Positions 38,372-50,575 of a stretch of 64,000 bases of DNA are shown in pieces. The position numbers and the translations under genes are program-made. Position 1 is the first letter of the stretch. Each line of letters begins with the position of its first letter. The DNA is from Leucoraja erinacea (lineage: Eukaryota). The notes below the pieces were generated by a model. The model was not told the origin of the DNA. It searched no databases and saw only the letters and a list, made by a program, of their open reading frames with translations. Where the stretch lies: contig NC_073400.1 of the NCBI RefSeq assembly GCF_028641065.1, forward strand, positions 23,560,001-23,624,000, given 5' to 3'.

Positions 38372-38640
38372 CAATTGAAGTATCCTGGCTACAATTGCGT
38401 TCTCATCACCTGAGGAAACGTGAATGTATTAGACCTCATAGAAATGAATGGCTCATTTCCACTCTGGTCATTCCCCCAGTTCTTGTCAGAAAGGAATTAA
38501 CATGATAAAAATATATAAACACATGTGCAGCATAGGTGGTGACAAGTTGTTAATGTTTTGTATCTCACCCATCTACCATCTTACTTCATTTATGGTGAAC
38601 TATAATTTTTAGGCACAAATATATAGCACTGCTGTCCACA
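38372..38640 (-). pseudogene. Truncated duplicate of the BH3 exon and its upstream intron
   Basis: Aligns to ~35666-35940; reads GDENAIVARILQLI and then breaks into a T10 run before the Gly-Asp. Confidence 0.7.
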
Positions 38641-40159
38641 TCTGTAGGTTTTGAGTAAGATCTATCTATGGTGGTACAGTGGTGCAGCGGTAGAGTTGTC
38701 GCCTTACAGGGCCAGAGACCTTGAAAAAACAAAACTGCAGGTGTTGGCAATCTGAAACAAACCCATAAAATGCTGGAAACTCTCAGCAGGTTAGGCAGCA
38801 TCTGAACAAACAGAAACATCAAGTTATTTCTCGTTTCCTGGTTCAATTTCCACAGATGTTGACCTGCAGGGTGTTTTTCCCGCATTGTGGGATTGGCCTC
38901 AGTATGGAACACTTGCACCAGGAAGAGTTTATCATTGAAATTGTAGGCGATGCACAAATAATAGCAATACATTGCATTTTATTGATTGCAGATCTTAGGT
39001 GCACAAGCACTGTGTGACTATTAGTAGAAACAAAAGACCCTTGAGTCCCTGAGCCTGCTCCCCTGGACAACTGGATTGTGGCTAATGGGACATTCACGTT
39101 CATTTTTTTGTCCTTTCACCATAAAACCTAATTTCATTTCACATTGAAAATCTATCTCAGCCTTAAATAATTGTGACATAATTGTGCCCTTACAGCCTCA
39201 TGTCAAGGAGTTCTAAAATCAAATTTTCAGAGAAAACAAATGATTTACCAATTCAGAGAGTGCTCTCTAGTGCTTGACTGTCCCATGAGAGGAAACAAGC
39301 TCGCAGTAGGATCTGGTTCCCCCAAGACTCTTACTTCAATAAAATTGCCTCTCTTCTTACCTGTTCCGCCTTTCCTTGTAGAATTATCCCTTCACAAACT
39401 TGATCATCCAAAGAAACTGTCTCAAAACTGCCACCAATTAAATAATATAATTCCTTAAAAAAGTGGGATCAAACCTGTTTGCAGTGCTTTAGATGTGGTC
39501 TCCCTAGTACCTTACAGCAGTTGGACTTTGCCAGTGAACTAATTGTGGCATTTGTGGAGTATAAAATCCATACGAGGTTGTGTTCAGAGAGATGAAATTA
39601 AATTGGGGCTTCAGTTTAAAATCCCAATACTATGAAATGTAAAATTCACCCTTCTAAGCTTAAAAACAAGTAATTTGTCCTGTTTATCCGCAGTTAGTGA
39701 GTTCATGAATCAATTCAAGAACAAAACACAGGGATCACCATAAATATATTCAATATTGAAATATAGTGCATGGATAACAGCATTGTGTGCATTGTCACAT
39801 AGGGATCAGTGTTCCCTTCTATTACAATAGATTTTAGGGCTTTCACATCCACCTGAACTTTTGGAACAGTTGGAAATAGAATTATTGATGAAAGGCAGCA
39901 AATTCCACAGTATAAGATAAAATTCAACATATTAATATTGGACAATAACCTGCATCCTCTGTTATTATCATTTTTATCTACCCCACTATAAGTGTCCAGA
40001 TTTGTTGATCTCTGCACCTCCAAGATGTGGAATCAAGCAGATACTCTCATGTGATATTTTGCTATGTTTTATGAGTGATTACTATATTGACACGTGAAAA
40101 TAAATTCCCCAGAGTGCTGAACCATGCAAGAGGATTTCTCTAATATTTTTGTTACTTAC

Positions 40160-40210
40160 CAAGCACAATTTCTGAAGACATTATTTTCAGATTTCTGTCT
40201 TGTTTTACAT
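40160..40210 (-). CDS. Candidate BH3-only gene, 51-nt exon (DVKQDRNLKIMSSEIVL); a 12-nt version is also in frame
   Basis: Strong GTAAGT donor, phase 1-1; the acceptor is a weaker AAG. Confidence 0.3.
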
Positions 40211-40491
40211 CTTAGTGATGACAGGATCACAGAACTGAACACTTATATTGTGGTAGATGTGAAGAAGCATCTACTCTTGAATATTATTGATAATTATTAT
40301 AATCGATTAGTTATTTTGAGGTGTTTCTTCCGTGTTAAATACAATTCAGTATAAATGTTTTTCTTGATGACCAATGGTCACCATTACCCCTATGACTTTT
40401 TTCATTATGTAAATCAAAATGTATGAAGTGGTTTTCACTATTAAATAACTATTGGTTTAGGATGATTCAAATAACACATTTTGTTGCTCAC

Positions 40492-40551
40492 CTGATGCCA
40501 TGGTCTTGCACTTGGCAAATCTTGTTATTTTCAGACTCTTAAAGCGGAAAT
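40492..40551 (-). CDS. Candidate BH3-only gene, 60-nt exon (DFRFKSLKITRFAKCKTMAS)
   Basis: ttcttcag acceptor and CAG|GTGAGC donor; phase 1-1; contains an in-frame accATGG. Confidence 0.45.
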
Positions 40552-40806
40552 CTGAAGAATCTCATGTAGTGTTTGATAACTTTTATATCTTGGGAACCTT
40601 TCCTGTAATTTTCCTTCAGTTTTGTTTCTAATGACTTTAGGAAACAAAAGCCAAAATAGACAGATATATGGCAAGTTTTTGACAAGCTAGAACATGCCCG
40701 GACAATGATGTTTTGGGTTTTCCACATCCACCTGCCTGGGAAGTGATATTTAATTGCCAGCAATCGATTGGATACAAAACTTGTTACAATCACAGTGAAT
40801 GCTCAC

Positions 40807-40831
40807 CATAAGCAGTTTCCATTTCTGACAT
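40807..40831 (-). CDS. Candidate BH3-only gene, first coding exon (MSEMETAY)
   Basis: acaATG start; G|GTGAGC phase-1 donor compatible with the downstream exons. Confidence 0.4.
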
Positions 40832-42049
40832 TGTTTCTCCTCCAGTTTCAGGACTGATGAGTAAAGGATTTTCAGTGTCAGCTTATAAAGGTGCCTCTCT
40901 CTCTTGTGGGGATTTCAAATCGATACATGACACGTTGAAACTTGCGTGTAGGGAAGTCAACAAGTTTGTCTAATCAAAGCATCAACTGATAAGTTTTTAC
41001 TCTTAAATAGGGCCTTATGTTTTCAATCATCGATGCTGTTTATTCTTCTTTATTTAGTGCATTTATTTGATCTCCATCCTTTCCAGTGCAGAACTAAATA
41101 GAGATGCCTCACACTTGTGTCTAACAATGTTAACTGGTCACTGAGGCACACTAACATATTTTGTCTTGATTTTGTGTTGCATCTGAACAATACTTCCCCT
41201 CTTCAGCAGTAAGTTGTATGTTTCATAGTTTTATGTTCTATACATTCATATTAGAAATATTTAAAGTGGAGAAAATCTAAAATAATGGAAATCCTTTCTT
41301 AAAGTTGATGTTTCTTTAGTATGTGTTTGGGCATAAAGGTACTGTGACTGAACCTGCAGCCAGAATTTTGGACCATTAAACCAGAGGCATAGATCTGAAT
41401 TTTGACACAGCAGACAACTCGTTAAATCTGCAATTAAAAAAGATGTCTGGATTCAAATTTTTAGTTTAGTTTAGTTTTGGGATACAGTGTGGAAAGAGGC
41501 CCTTCAGCCCACCGGGTGCGCGCCAACCAGCGATCCCCACATATTAACACTATCCTACACCCACTAGGGACATTTTTTACATTTACCAAGCCAATTTACC
41601 TACAAACCTGTACGCCTTTGGAGTGTGAGAGGAAACCGAAGATCTCGGAGAAAACCCATGCAGGTCACGGGGAGAACGTACCAACTCCCTACAGACAGCA
41701 CCTGTAGTTGGGATCGAACCCGGGTCTCCGTCGCTGTATTCGCTGTAAGGCAGCGACTCTACCGCTGCGCCACCGTGACCACAAATTGTGTTAACTATGA
41801 AACTAGCAGATTGTCATTCAAAGCTCATCTTTTTATTTAATTTAATTCATGGAATGAAACTCAACGTTCTTTCCTGATCTGGGCCAAATATGATTCCAGA
41901 CCCACCAAAGTGGTTATATGACCCACCAAAGTGGGTATATGACTGTTCGGTTCCGAAGCACTTAGGAATAGGCAGTAAATATCAGTGAACTCCCATTGAC
42001 TACATGCTGTCTCGGCAAGGTCCCCAGCATAATCAAGGATCAATCAATC

Positions 42050-43350
42050 TTATCAAAAAAAACCTCGGAAAATATATCTTTAACTTGCAACCAGATAAAA
42101 GATCAGTAAATGACAACTGGGTGTGGCTGAGAAACTCCTTAAATAATATTGTTACAAATCATGTTCCTCAAAAACTCATTAAGGGCCGTATGCGTCCTCC
42201 TGGTCTTCGGCATAACTGAAACGTCTCTGCAGTAAGAAAGAGAAGTTTTATATCCGTGCCAAAAAAAAGGGTACATAATTGGACTGGGACAATTTTACTA
42301 GCGTGCGAAAGCAAGTCGAACATGCAATTAGGAGTGCTCATAGACAAAATGTTTCTTTTATTCTTGGGGGAGAGCAACCCAAGGCTTTTTGGAGATATGT
42401 GAAATCCAGACGGACAGACAACACTGGTGTCCAGATGCTTAAAGTGACCAACTGTCTGATCACTGAGGACCAGGCGAAAGCAGAAGCTTTTGCAAACCAA
42501 TTTCAACACGTTTTCACCCGGGAAAATGTGGAGCCTTCATCATTTCCAGTCCTACCGCCCAGCCCGTATGCTTATATACCTGCTATTAAAATTGAGGTTG
42601 AAGGTGTCAAGAAGTTATTGCTCAACATCAATACCACAAAAGCAATTGGACCAGATCAGATACAGAATCAAGCCCACAAGATCGCAGCCGAACAACTGGC
42701 TCCAGTTTTGCGGTTCATTTTCCAACAATCGCTTGACTCGGGAGATGTTCCGCTGGATTGGAGGAAGGCTAACATCACTCCTCTCTTTAAGAAGGGTTCA
42801 ACCACCAACCCAGCGAATTATCGTCCTGTTTCATTAACAAGTACTTGCTGCAAATTGCTGGAGCATTTAATTGATAGTAATCTGATGCGACACGTGAGCA
42901 AACATAACATTCTTGCTGACAACCAACATGCATTTAGGAGGCATAGATCATGCGAGTCTCAGCTTATCCTGACGGCAAATGACCTGGCCAAGCACCTTGA
43001 TAGTAACGTCATCACGGATTTAGTTGTGCTGGACTTCTCTAAAGCATTTGATGTCATCCCACACCAGAGACTACTTCGGAAGCTTGACTTCTATGCTATT
43101 CGTTCCAACACGAAACGATGGATCTCCAGTTTCCTGACAAAACGTCTTCAGCGTGTGTGTGTGAACGGAAAGAGCTCCAATTGGCATCCAGTGTTGAGTG
43201 GTACACCACAGGGCACAGTACTTGGCCCGCACCTATTTTTGCTTTACATAAATGACATCCATGAAAACGTCGCAAGTACGACCAGACTTTTCACTGATGA
43301 TTGTTTGCTGTACCGTCCAATTAAGTCAGCTGATGATGAAGATGCTCTTT
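42050..43350 (+). mobile_element. Internal LINE ORF2 fragment with a long open RT frame (L2/Crack/Daphne-like)
   Basis: KAIGPD, NYRPVSLTS, QHAFR, LDFSKAFD, GTPQGTVLGP…YIND and FTDD in a 360-aa ORF. Confidence 0.9.
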
Positions 43351-46299
43351 CTTCTCAATAACCCTTTCTGGCTTAAGCCCTCCCTTCACCACCTCCAGTT
43401 TAAATTCCATTTGGAATATTTTGGAGGACCAAGAAACCAAGAACCAAGAACCAATCACACCGATCATTCTCCCCTGCCCCATCCGACAAGAGGTACAGAA
43501 GTTTGAATATGCATACCTCCAGATTCAGGTAAGGTTTCTTCCCAGCTCTCATCATGCAATGAACTGTCCTCTCACCAGATAGAGGGCAGTCCTGACCTCC
43601 CATTTACCTCATTGGGGACATTCGAACCATTTATTCTGACTTTATCCCTTCATATTTGTACACTGTGGATGGCGAGATTGTATCATGTCTAGTAATCTCA
43701 CTGACTGGATTGCACCAACACATGACAATAATGAATGAATGATTGACTGAATTAATGCATGAATAAGTTTATTGGCCATAGAGACATTTAGGAATTTACC
43801 TTGATGCCCCGCTTGCAAGTAACACGACATACAGTGAACATTTAATACTAAAACATTATAGTTTAAACATGTAAATGAATTAAAATACCAGAGCAAAAGG
43901 AGGCTACAGTCTTTTGGTTATTGAGTAGAGCTACTGCTCGTGGAAAAAAAGCTGTTTTTATATCTGGCTGTGGTGGCTTTGACATTCCAGAGTCGCCTTC
44001 TAGAGTAGTGCTTCAAAGAGTTTGTGGCCAGTGTGAGGGGGGTCAGAGATGAACTTACCCGCTTGCTTCCTGACCCTTGCAGTGTAGTTTGTCAATGGGG
44101 GAAAGGTTGCACCCAACAACCTTCTCAGCTGATTTGCTGCAGCCTCCAGATTTCATGCTTGGTGGCTGAGCCAAACCAGACCATGATGGAGAAGGTGAGG
44201 ACAGACTCTACGATGGCAGTATAGAATTGGACCATCATTGCCTGTGGCAGATTGTGTTTCCTCAGCTGCCGCAGGAGGTGCATCCTCTGTTGGGCTTTTT
44301 TGACTTGAGTCGATGGTGGCCCCCCATTTGAGGTCCTTGGAGATGATGGTTCCAAGGAGCTTAAAAGACTCCACAGATGTGACTGATGTTGTTGATGGTG
44401 ACTGGGGGGGAGAGGGAGCTCTCCTAAAGTCTACTATCAATTCCACTGTCTTTGGAGCATTGAGCTCCAGGTTTTACGAAGGCACCAGCTATGTCACTTC
44501 GTGTCTGTTGGCAGATTTCTCCCCATCCTGGATCAGTCCAATCAGGGATAACAAATTAAACTAAACTAGACCTGATATGGCTTTGTTAATTGTTCAAAGC
44601 ATTGATGTTACCAATGTTGCTTGGAATCTATCAAATTTTTTTGAGGTCAACCATGAAATAATTTTACCAGGTCCAATTCTTCTTGCAGTAATATAAAATG
44701 TGCATGTAACAACGAAATAGAGCTGAATGGAGCATATTCAGATATTTACATAAATTACTTGTTCAGAAGAGTCGGTCGAGGAAGAAAGATTAATCTTAAT
44801 TAACTATCAAATTTAGTAAAAGCCCAGTAGAATTTATATCTGATCTGAGCCAAATATGCAATTTATGCTTGCATATTCGACATGTTGTTCTTAAGAGAGT
44901 GAGTGCTGTGAGAACACTGCCTCCAATACTCCCACGGGCAGAGTGTTGCAGATTCTAGTCACCCTATGGGTGAAGTAAAATCTTCCCAAAATCTCCTACC
45001 TTTACCTCAAACCTGGCTTTTGATACCTCTGCTATGGGAAACAAATCTCTATTTATTCTATCGATGCCCCTCATAATTCTACAATAACAATGAAAGTAGA
45101 TATTTGTTCAACAACAACCTATTTTAAAATTCCAATTCCTTTCAAATCCCATCATATTGTCATACTTTCTTCTGTTTAACCTCCTTCAGACTTGCAATTC
45201 TTCAATGCTTCTATACTCTTCTAATTCCAGTCTCTTGCATATTATTGATTTTCATCATTCTGCCATTGCCAGTTGCACCATTGCCAAAGCCAAATAGTGG
45301 AATAGGCACCTAGATCTCTCCTCTAACATGCTTAGTTTAATTTATTAGTTTAGTTTATTATCATTGTCAGTGAAAAGATTTTTGTTGCATGCTATCCAGT
45401 TAGCAAAAAGACTATGCATGATGACAATAAAGCCGTCCACTGTGTGCAGATACAGGATAAAGGACATACCATTTCGTGTAAGATACAGTCCGATTAAAGA
45501 GGTCCAAGGTCTCCAATGACGTGAATAGAATGTCAGGACCACTCTGCTTAATAAAATCCTCCTATTTCATCAAGCTTGAAGTCACCCATTGCAATTGTTT
45601 ATTAAATGGTTTATGGTGAATTTTGGTTAATATTGTTCCTTGAATGTGTAAAGATACTACAAGTTAATATTATAGAAAATCATATTTAGTCTGTACAGGG
45701 ATGAGTTTTTTAAACCACAATGCTGAATTCTGAGAAATACCAAAAAATAAAAAGGTCTCTCATATTTTGGTCTCCTCAGATCATTCCAATAACGGTGTAG
45801 TGTCAGATGCTGGTGATCCAGTGTCAGGGTTGCATCGGGTTTTGCATCAGACTCCTTTGGACAGTTGCTTTAGGCCCATATCGACCGTCACCTGTTCACA
45901 CTCGTTCTATATTATCCCACTTTCACACCCACTCCCTAAACACAAGGACATAATTTACAGAGGCCATTTAACCTACAAATCTGTCCATGGGACATTGTCC
46001 GAGTTGTGAAGATAAAAAGCCTTAATGTGTAATTGGCGTCGGTATCAGCTACTGATCCTCTGCGAGTTGTTGGCCCGTGTTGGTTGTTTCTGCTGGAACT
46101 CAGAAACAGGACGTTGTCCAACACATCTACCAGTGTGGCGGAAGGAACGGCAGACGCTGGGTTAAACCGAAGATAAACACAAAAAGCTGGAGTAACTACC
46201 AGTGTGGTTGTGCACCATGGTGCACGTCAAAAGGCCACAAAACTGTGAACAACAAGTAGACATTGCTAGAAATGTTGGGGGAAACGTTTTATCTTGTGT

Positions 46300-46700
46300 T
46301 GTTGCTCGTACATTGGCGAAATCAGAGAAAAATCACGCCAAAGAGAGAGCATAGAGGGAGAGGCGGCTCAGGGCATCGGATGAGGGTGGGGAGACTAAAG
46401 AACGGGAAGTGTAGGCCTCTGGCAGCCGGGCGGAACCTTTGTGCTGGTACAGCGGGTGCGCGGGGAGGGTGTTGAGTGTGAAGCCCGGGCCATGGCGCTT
46501 GTACTGCGCCGGCTGGGCTGCTGCCTGTGGACAGGCAGCGGCCTCGGGAGACCAGGTGAGGCCCGAACCCGACAGCGCTGGGTCCCGGGAACGCAGTTAG
46601 TGGAGGTCACCCCTGTCTGGGTCCGGAGTGTGGGGGATGAGGGGACTCGTGGAAGGGGAGTGTAGACCGGCGGGATGGGAGGGAGAGGAGAGATGGGCGA
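46300..46700. promoter_or_regulatory. CpG-island promoter of MRPL16, possibly bidirectional
   Basis: CpG-rich, with an ETS-like GGAAGT near 46405; it surrounds exon 1. Confidence 0.6.
46492..46555 (+). CDS. MRPL16: Mitochondrial ribosomal protein L16, exon 1 (presequence MALVLRRLG…)
   Basis: gccATGG start, CAG|GTGAGG donor, phase 1. Confidence 0.8.
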
Positions 46701-47967
46701 GGGTGAAACACTTGGCAAGTGTGTGTGAACCAGGCATGGTCCTGCAGTCCAGCCACTTGGCCTCGGGACCATGTCCAGCTCATTTCCAGGCAGCCCCCCT
46801 TTGGGAAGGACCAGGTTGCAACTGTGGGCTCGACCTTGGTCTGGGGTGAACTGGATGCAGTTTGGGAACAATGACCTTAATAACTATTTGTGCTGTAGTC
46901 CAGGTGAGCAGTGTAAGTAGAGACACAGGAATTGCAGATGCTGGAATCTTGAAGACAGCACAAAGCGCTGGAGTTACTTAGCAAGTTAGGCAGCATCTGT
47001 GGATGGAATGGATAGGTAATATTTTGGGTCGGGACACTTCTTCAGACCACCTTCTGAGTCTGAAGAAAGATCCTGGCACGATGGGTTGTCTGTCCATTCC
47101 CTCCACCGATGTTGTCTGAGTTACTCTAGCACTTTGTCTTGCTGAGCAATGCAAGTCCCTGGCTAGTCGTTCACTCAGAGAGTTGGATGCAACTTGCATT
47201 TTGAATTTCAGTCTGAAGAACGGTCTCGACCTGAAATGTTACCCATTCCTACTCTCCAGAGATGCTGCCTGAGTTAATCCAACATGTTGTCTCTATCTTC
47301 GATTTAAAGCAGCATCTGCAGTTCTTTCCTTTATATTTTGAATTAGTGCAGTGCATCCTCTGTCGGACTCAGTCAGTTGGTTGAGTCTAGTATGTTCAAA
47401 AAGCTTTTAACTGCCTTGTATCTTCTCTGCACAAAAACCAAAGCTCTGGAAGAATTCAGCAGATCAGGCAGAATCGGTGGAAAGAAATGGGCAGATGATA
47501 CTTCGGGACGGAAACCTTCTTTGCGAAGTTGGACACAAAATGCTGGAGTAACTCAGCGGGACAGGCAGTATCTCTGGAGAGAAAGAATGGGTGATGTGAA
47601 GGGTCTCGACCCAAAATGTCACCCATTCCTTCTCTCCAGAGATGCTGCTTGTCACGTTGGGTTGCTCCAGCTTTTTGTGTTATTTTCGGTTCAAACCAGC
47701 ACCTGCAATTCCTTCTTACACATACCTTCTTCAGACTGATGAAAAGTCCCGACCCAAATGTCGTATGTTCAATATCCGTTCACAGATGTTGTCACGTGCA
47801 CTTTGTTCCTCCACCACTTTATATTTTTGCTCAAAATTCCAGCATCTGCAGTCTCTTGTCTCCATCTTCTCTGCGCAGTCCATTGTCCACATATCATGTA
47901 GCTTGTTAATGAAGGATAATGTTTCCTTCCATTATTTTTCTGCATGGAATCACATCTGTCTTTTCAG

Positions 47968-48039
47968 GTCTACATCAGAACTTTTCAATAGTTTTTGCAG
48001 CTGGGCTTAAGACATACGAGTGTCCTCCCAGTTATAATG
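47968..48039 (+). CDS. MRPL16: MRPL16 exon 2
   Basis: ttttcag acceptor and GTGAGT donor; …AGLKTYECPPSYN; phase 1-1. Confidence 0.82.
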
Positions 48040-50426
48040 GTGAGTTTGAATACATTTTACACTCTATCTTGATGATTTTAGTCTGCCACAATTACATTTT
48101 GGAAAGCAAAAAACAAACTTGTTTACTAAAGGTGTAGATATAATGTATCTTTCTCTTCTGATAGTTCATTGATAAGTGTAATTCAGAATGTCTCTATTAT
48201 CAATAATGACCATGAGTTGTGAGATCTGACTGCCATGTTGCATTTAATCAGGCTGTGTTTTAAGGATCCCAATTGATAGGGTTTTAAGATATAGATCCTG
48301 AGATCTCTTTCAAGTGGCCAGCTATGGCATTGTAGTATCACTTTTGTACTTGTACCAGTAGTTTGCGTGAGGTAGGGTTTGTATGTAAGAACTATATTCT
48401 GCACTCTATTTTCCTGTTTGCTTTATCTATTGTACATGAGTTTGATTTGATTGTATGTATAATAATATCTAATTTAGTTGGACAGCATGCAGAACCATGC
48501 TATTCACTCCACCTGGGTACACTTCAGAGTCAAAGTCAAAGCCCGGCTGGCGATGGCGATTGTCCCGCGGCCATTAAGCCCGCCGGGTGATGCGAGGTCG
48601 CACACCGGGTCTTGGTGTTAGAGCCCCCGGCAATAAATAAACCCAAACTAAGTCTAAACCCAAGGACAAAACTTCATCTCTCTGATGGAGACATTTTATC
48701 CAATAGTCGTGTTTTGAAACAGAAATTGGAAGTTAATTCTTGTGATTCAAACTAAAGTGAATGTCTAATATTGTTTGAAGGATCAGTCAAAACACATTCT
48801 GTGAATTGTTTGCATATTATCACACTGCTGTTTCTCAGATCTGTATCCACAAAAATAACACAATTTAGAATCATAGAGTGTACAACACACTCTTCGGCCC
48901 AAACTGCCCATGCTGACCAAGGTGCTCCATCTATTCCCACCTGCCTGTGATTACCCCATATCCCTAAACCTTTCAATCCATGCACAATGCAAATGTCTTT
49001 TAAACGTTATTTTCTACAATAAAACCATGAATCCATTTCAAGTGTTTTATTCTCTGCCAAGATCATGGAAGGTGCTATATAAATGAAGTTCTTAATTGAG
49101 AAATGGAGAATGAGAGGATACCCAGTATATACCAGTATAATTTGACAGATTTGTGGAAGGGCACAAGAGAAGACTTCCACGAGAATTGTGATGCGTAAAA
49201 TGTCAACAGAAGCAGTAAATGAAGCAAAGAATGCTAATTTGTATAAAGAGGTAGGGTTGATGTGGAGAGATGTAAAGAATGAGGTCTGGTTCAGATTTTG
49301 TCTCTGCCTAAGCAGAAGTGTCATCTTAGAAGTGTACTTGTTTAACCTTGTGTTGGAATCAGTGGATGGGATGTGGTGATGAATGGCTAAGTGTTACGTC
49401 AAGGTTGGATTAGGACGTCAGGCAAGTGATCAGGTGGCGGATATTTTAAACTTTTTAATTGGATCACGCGGCTTTGAAATTGGATTGCAATGTTCTCAAC
49501 AAAAAAAACCATGGGCAGATCTAAGTCAAATAAATCTGGATTAAATGACTCCAGTTTTGAATTTGAACCCTGGCCCACTCGCCAAAAGCAGGACAAGGGT
49601 GGCACAGTGGCACAACTGGTGATGTTGCTGCCTTATAGCACCAGAAACCCAGATTTGATCCTGACCTTGAGTGCTCTCTAGGCGCAATTTACACATTCTC
49701 CCTGTAACCGCGTGGGTTTTCTTCAGGTGCTGCGATTTCCACTCTCGTCTCAAAGACGTGCAGGTTTGTTTGTAGGTTAATTGGCCTCTGTAAACTACCC
49801 CGAGTGTGTAGGGAGTGGAGGAGGAAATGGGATACGATAGAACTAGTGCGAACGGATGATTGGTGTAGACTGGGTGGGCGAAGGGCCTGTTTCCATGCTG
49901 TATCTCTAACCTAAACTAAAACCCATGGACACCCCTCCCCGTTGAAGAGGCAGATATGTTAGTTCAGATAAAATGGCACTCGGTGAATAATAGGTTTGTA
50001 TTGCCAAATTCAGACACTCACTCTGATCAGTTTGATGCCATGTATGACAGATTCCAGGTATTTGAATTCATAAGTTATAGGAGCAGAATTAGGCCATTTA
50101 GCCCATCAAGTCTACTCCGACATTTAATCATGGCTGATCTCTTTCCCTCTCAACCTCATTCTCCTGCCTTCTCCCCATCACCATCAAGAGTTTTGGAACA
50201 TTGTCAATGGTGCTCTATAAGTGCAATTTTTTCCCTTCAAAACAGAAAAGGGCTGCATTTAATTATATTCAAATTTGACAAGAAGGTAGATGTTCTCTGG
50301 TTTATAATTTATTTCTTTATGAAGCTAGAAATAATAGTTCCAAAGTTGTTGACGGATAGGCTGCTGTCTATAGATCGTTGCTGGGATGAGGAAGTCTGTG
50401 TAATGTTGGCGGGTTTGTTCCCTCAG

Positions 50427-50575
50427 ATGTGATTATTCCGGAGAAGCCAAAGCTGAAATTCATGAATAAAGTCCCAAACTACAAGAAGGCTAGGAGATGG
50501 ATGAAAAGGTTGGGCGATATCCGAGGGCCAGCAACACAGGCCAATAACATCGCCTGGGGACAGTATGCCATCGTG
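50427..50575 (+). CDS. MRPL16: MRPL16 exon 3
   Basis: IPEKPKLKFMNKVP…LGDIRGP…GQYAIV. Confidence 0.92.

Noticed and set aside
39355-39430. Strong CAG|GTAAGA donor on the minus strand as an extra exon of the BH3 candidate
   Set aside because: Lies in decayed CR1-like sequence and has no good phase-compatible acceptor.
40243-40258. 16-nt inverted match to 34336-34351
   Set aside because: Roughly one such match is expected by chance in 64 kb.
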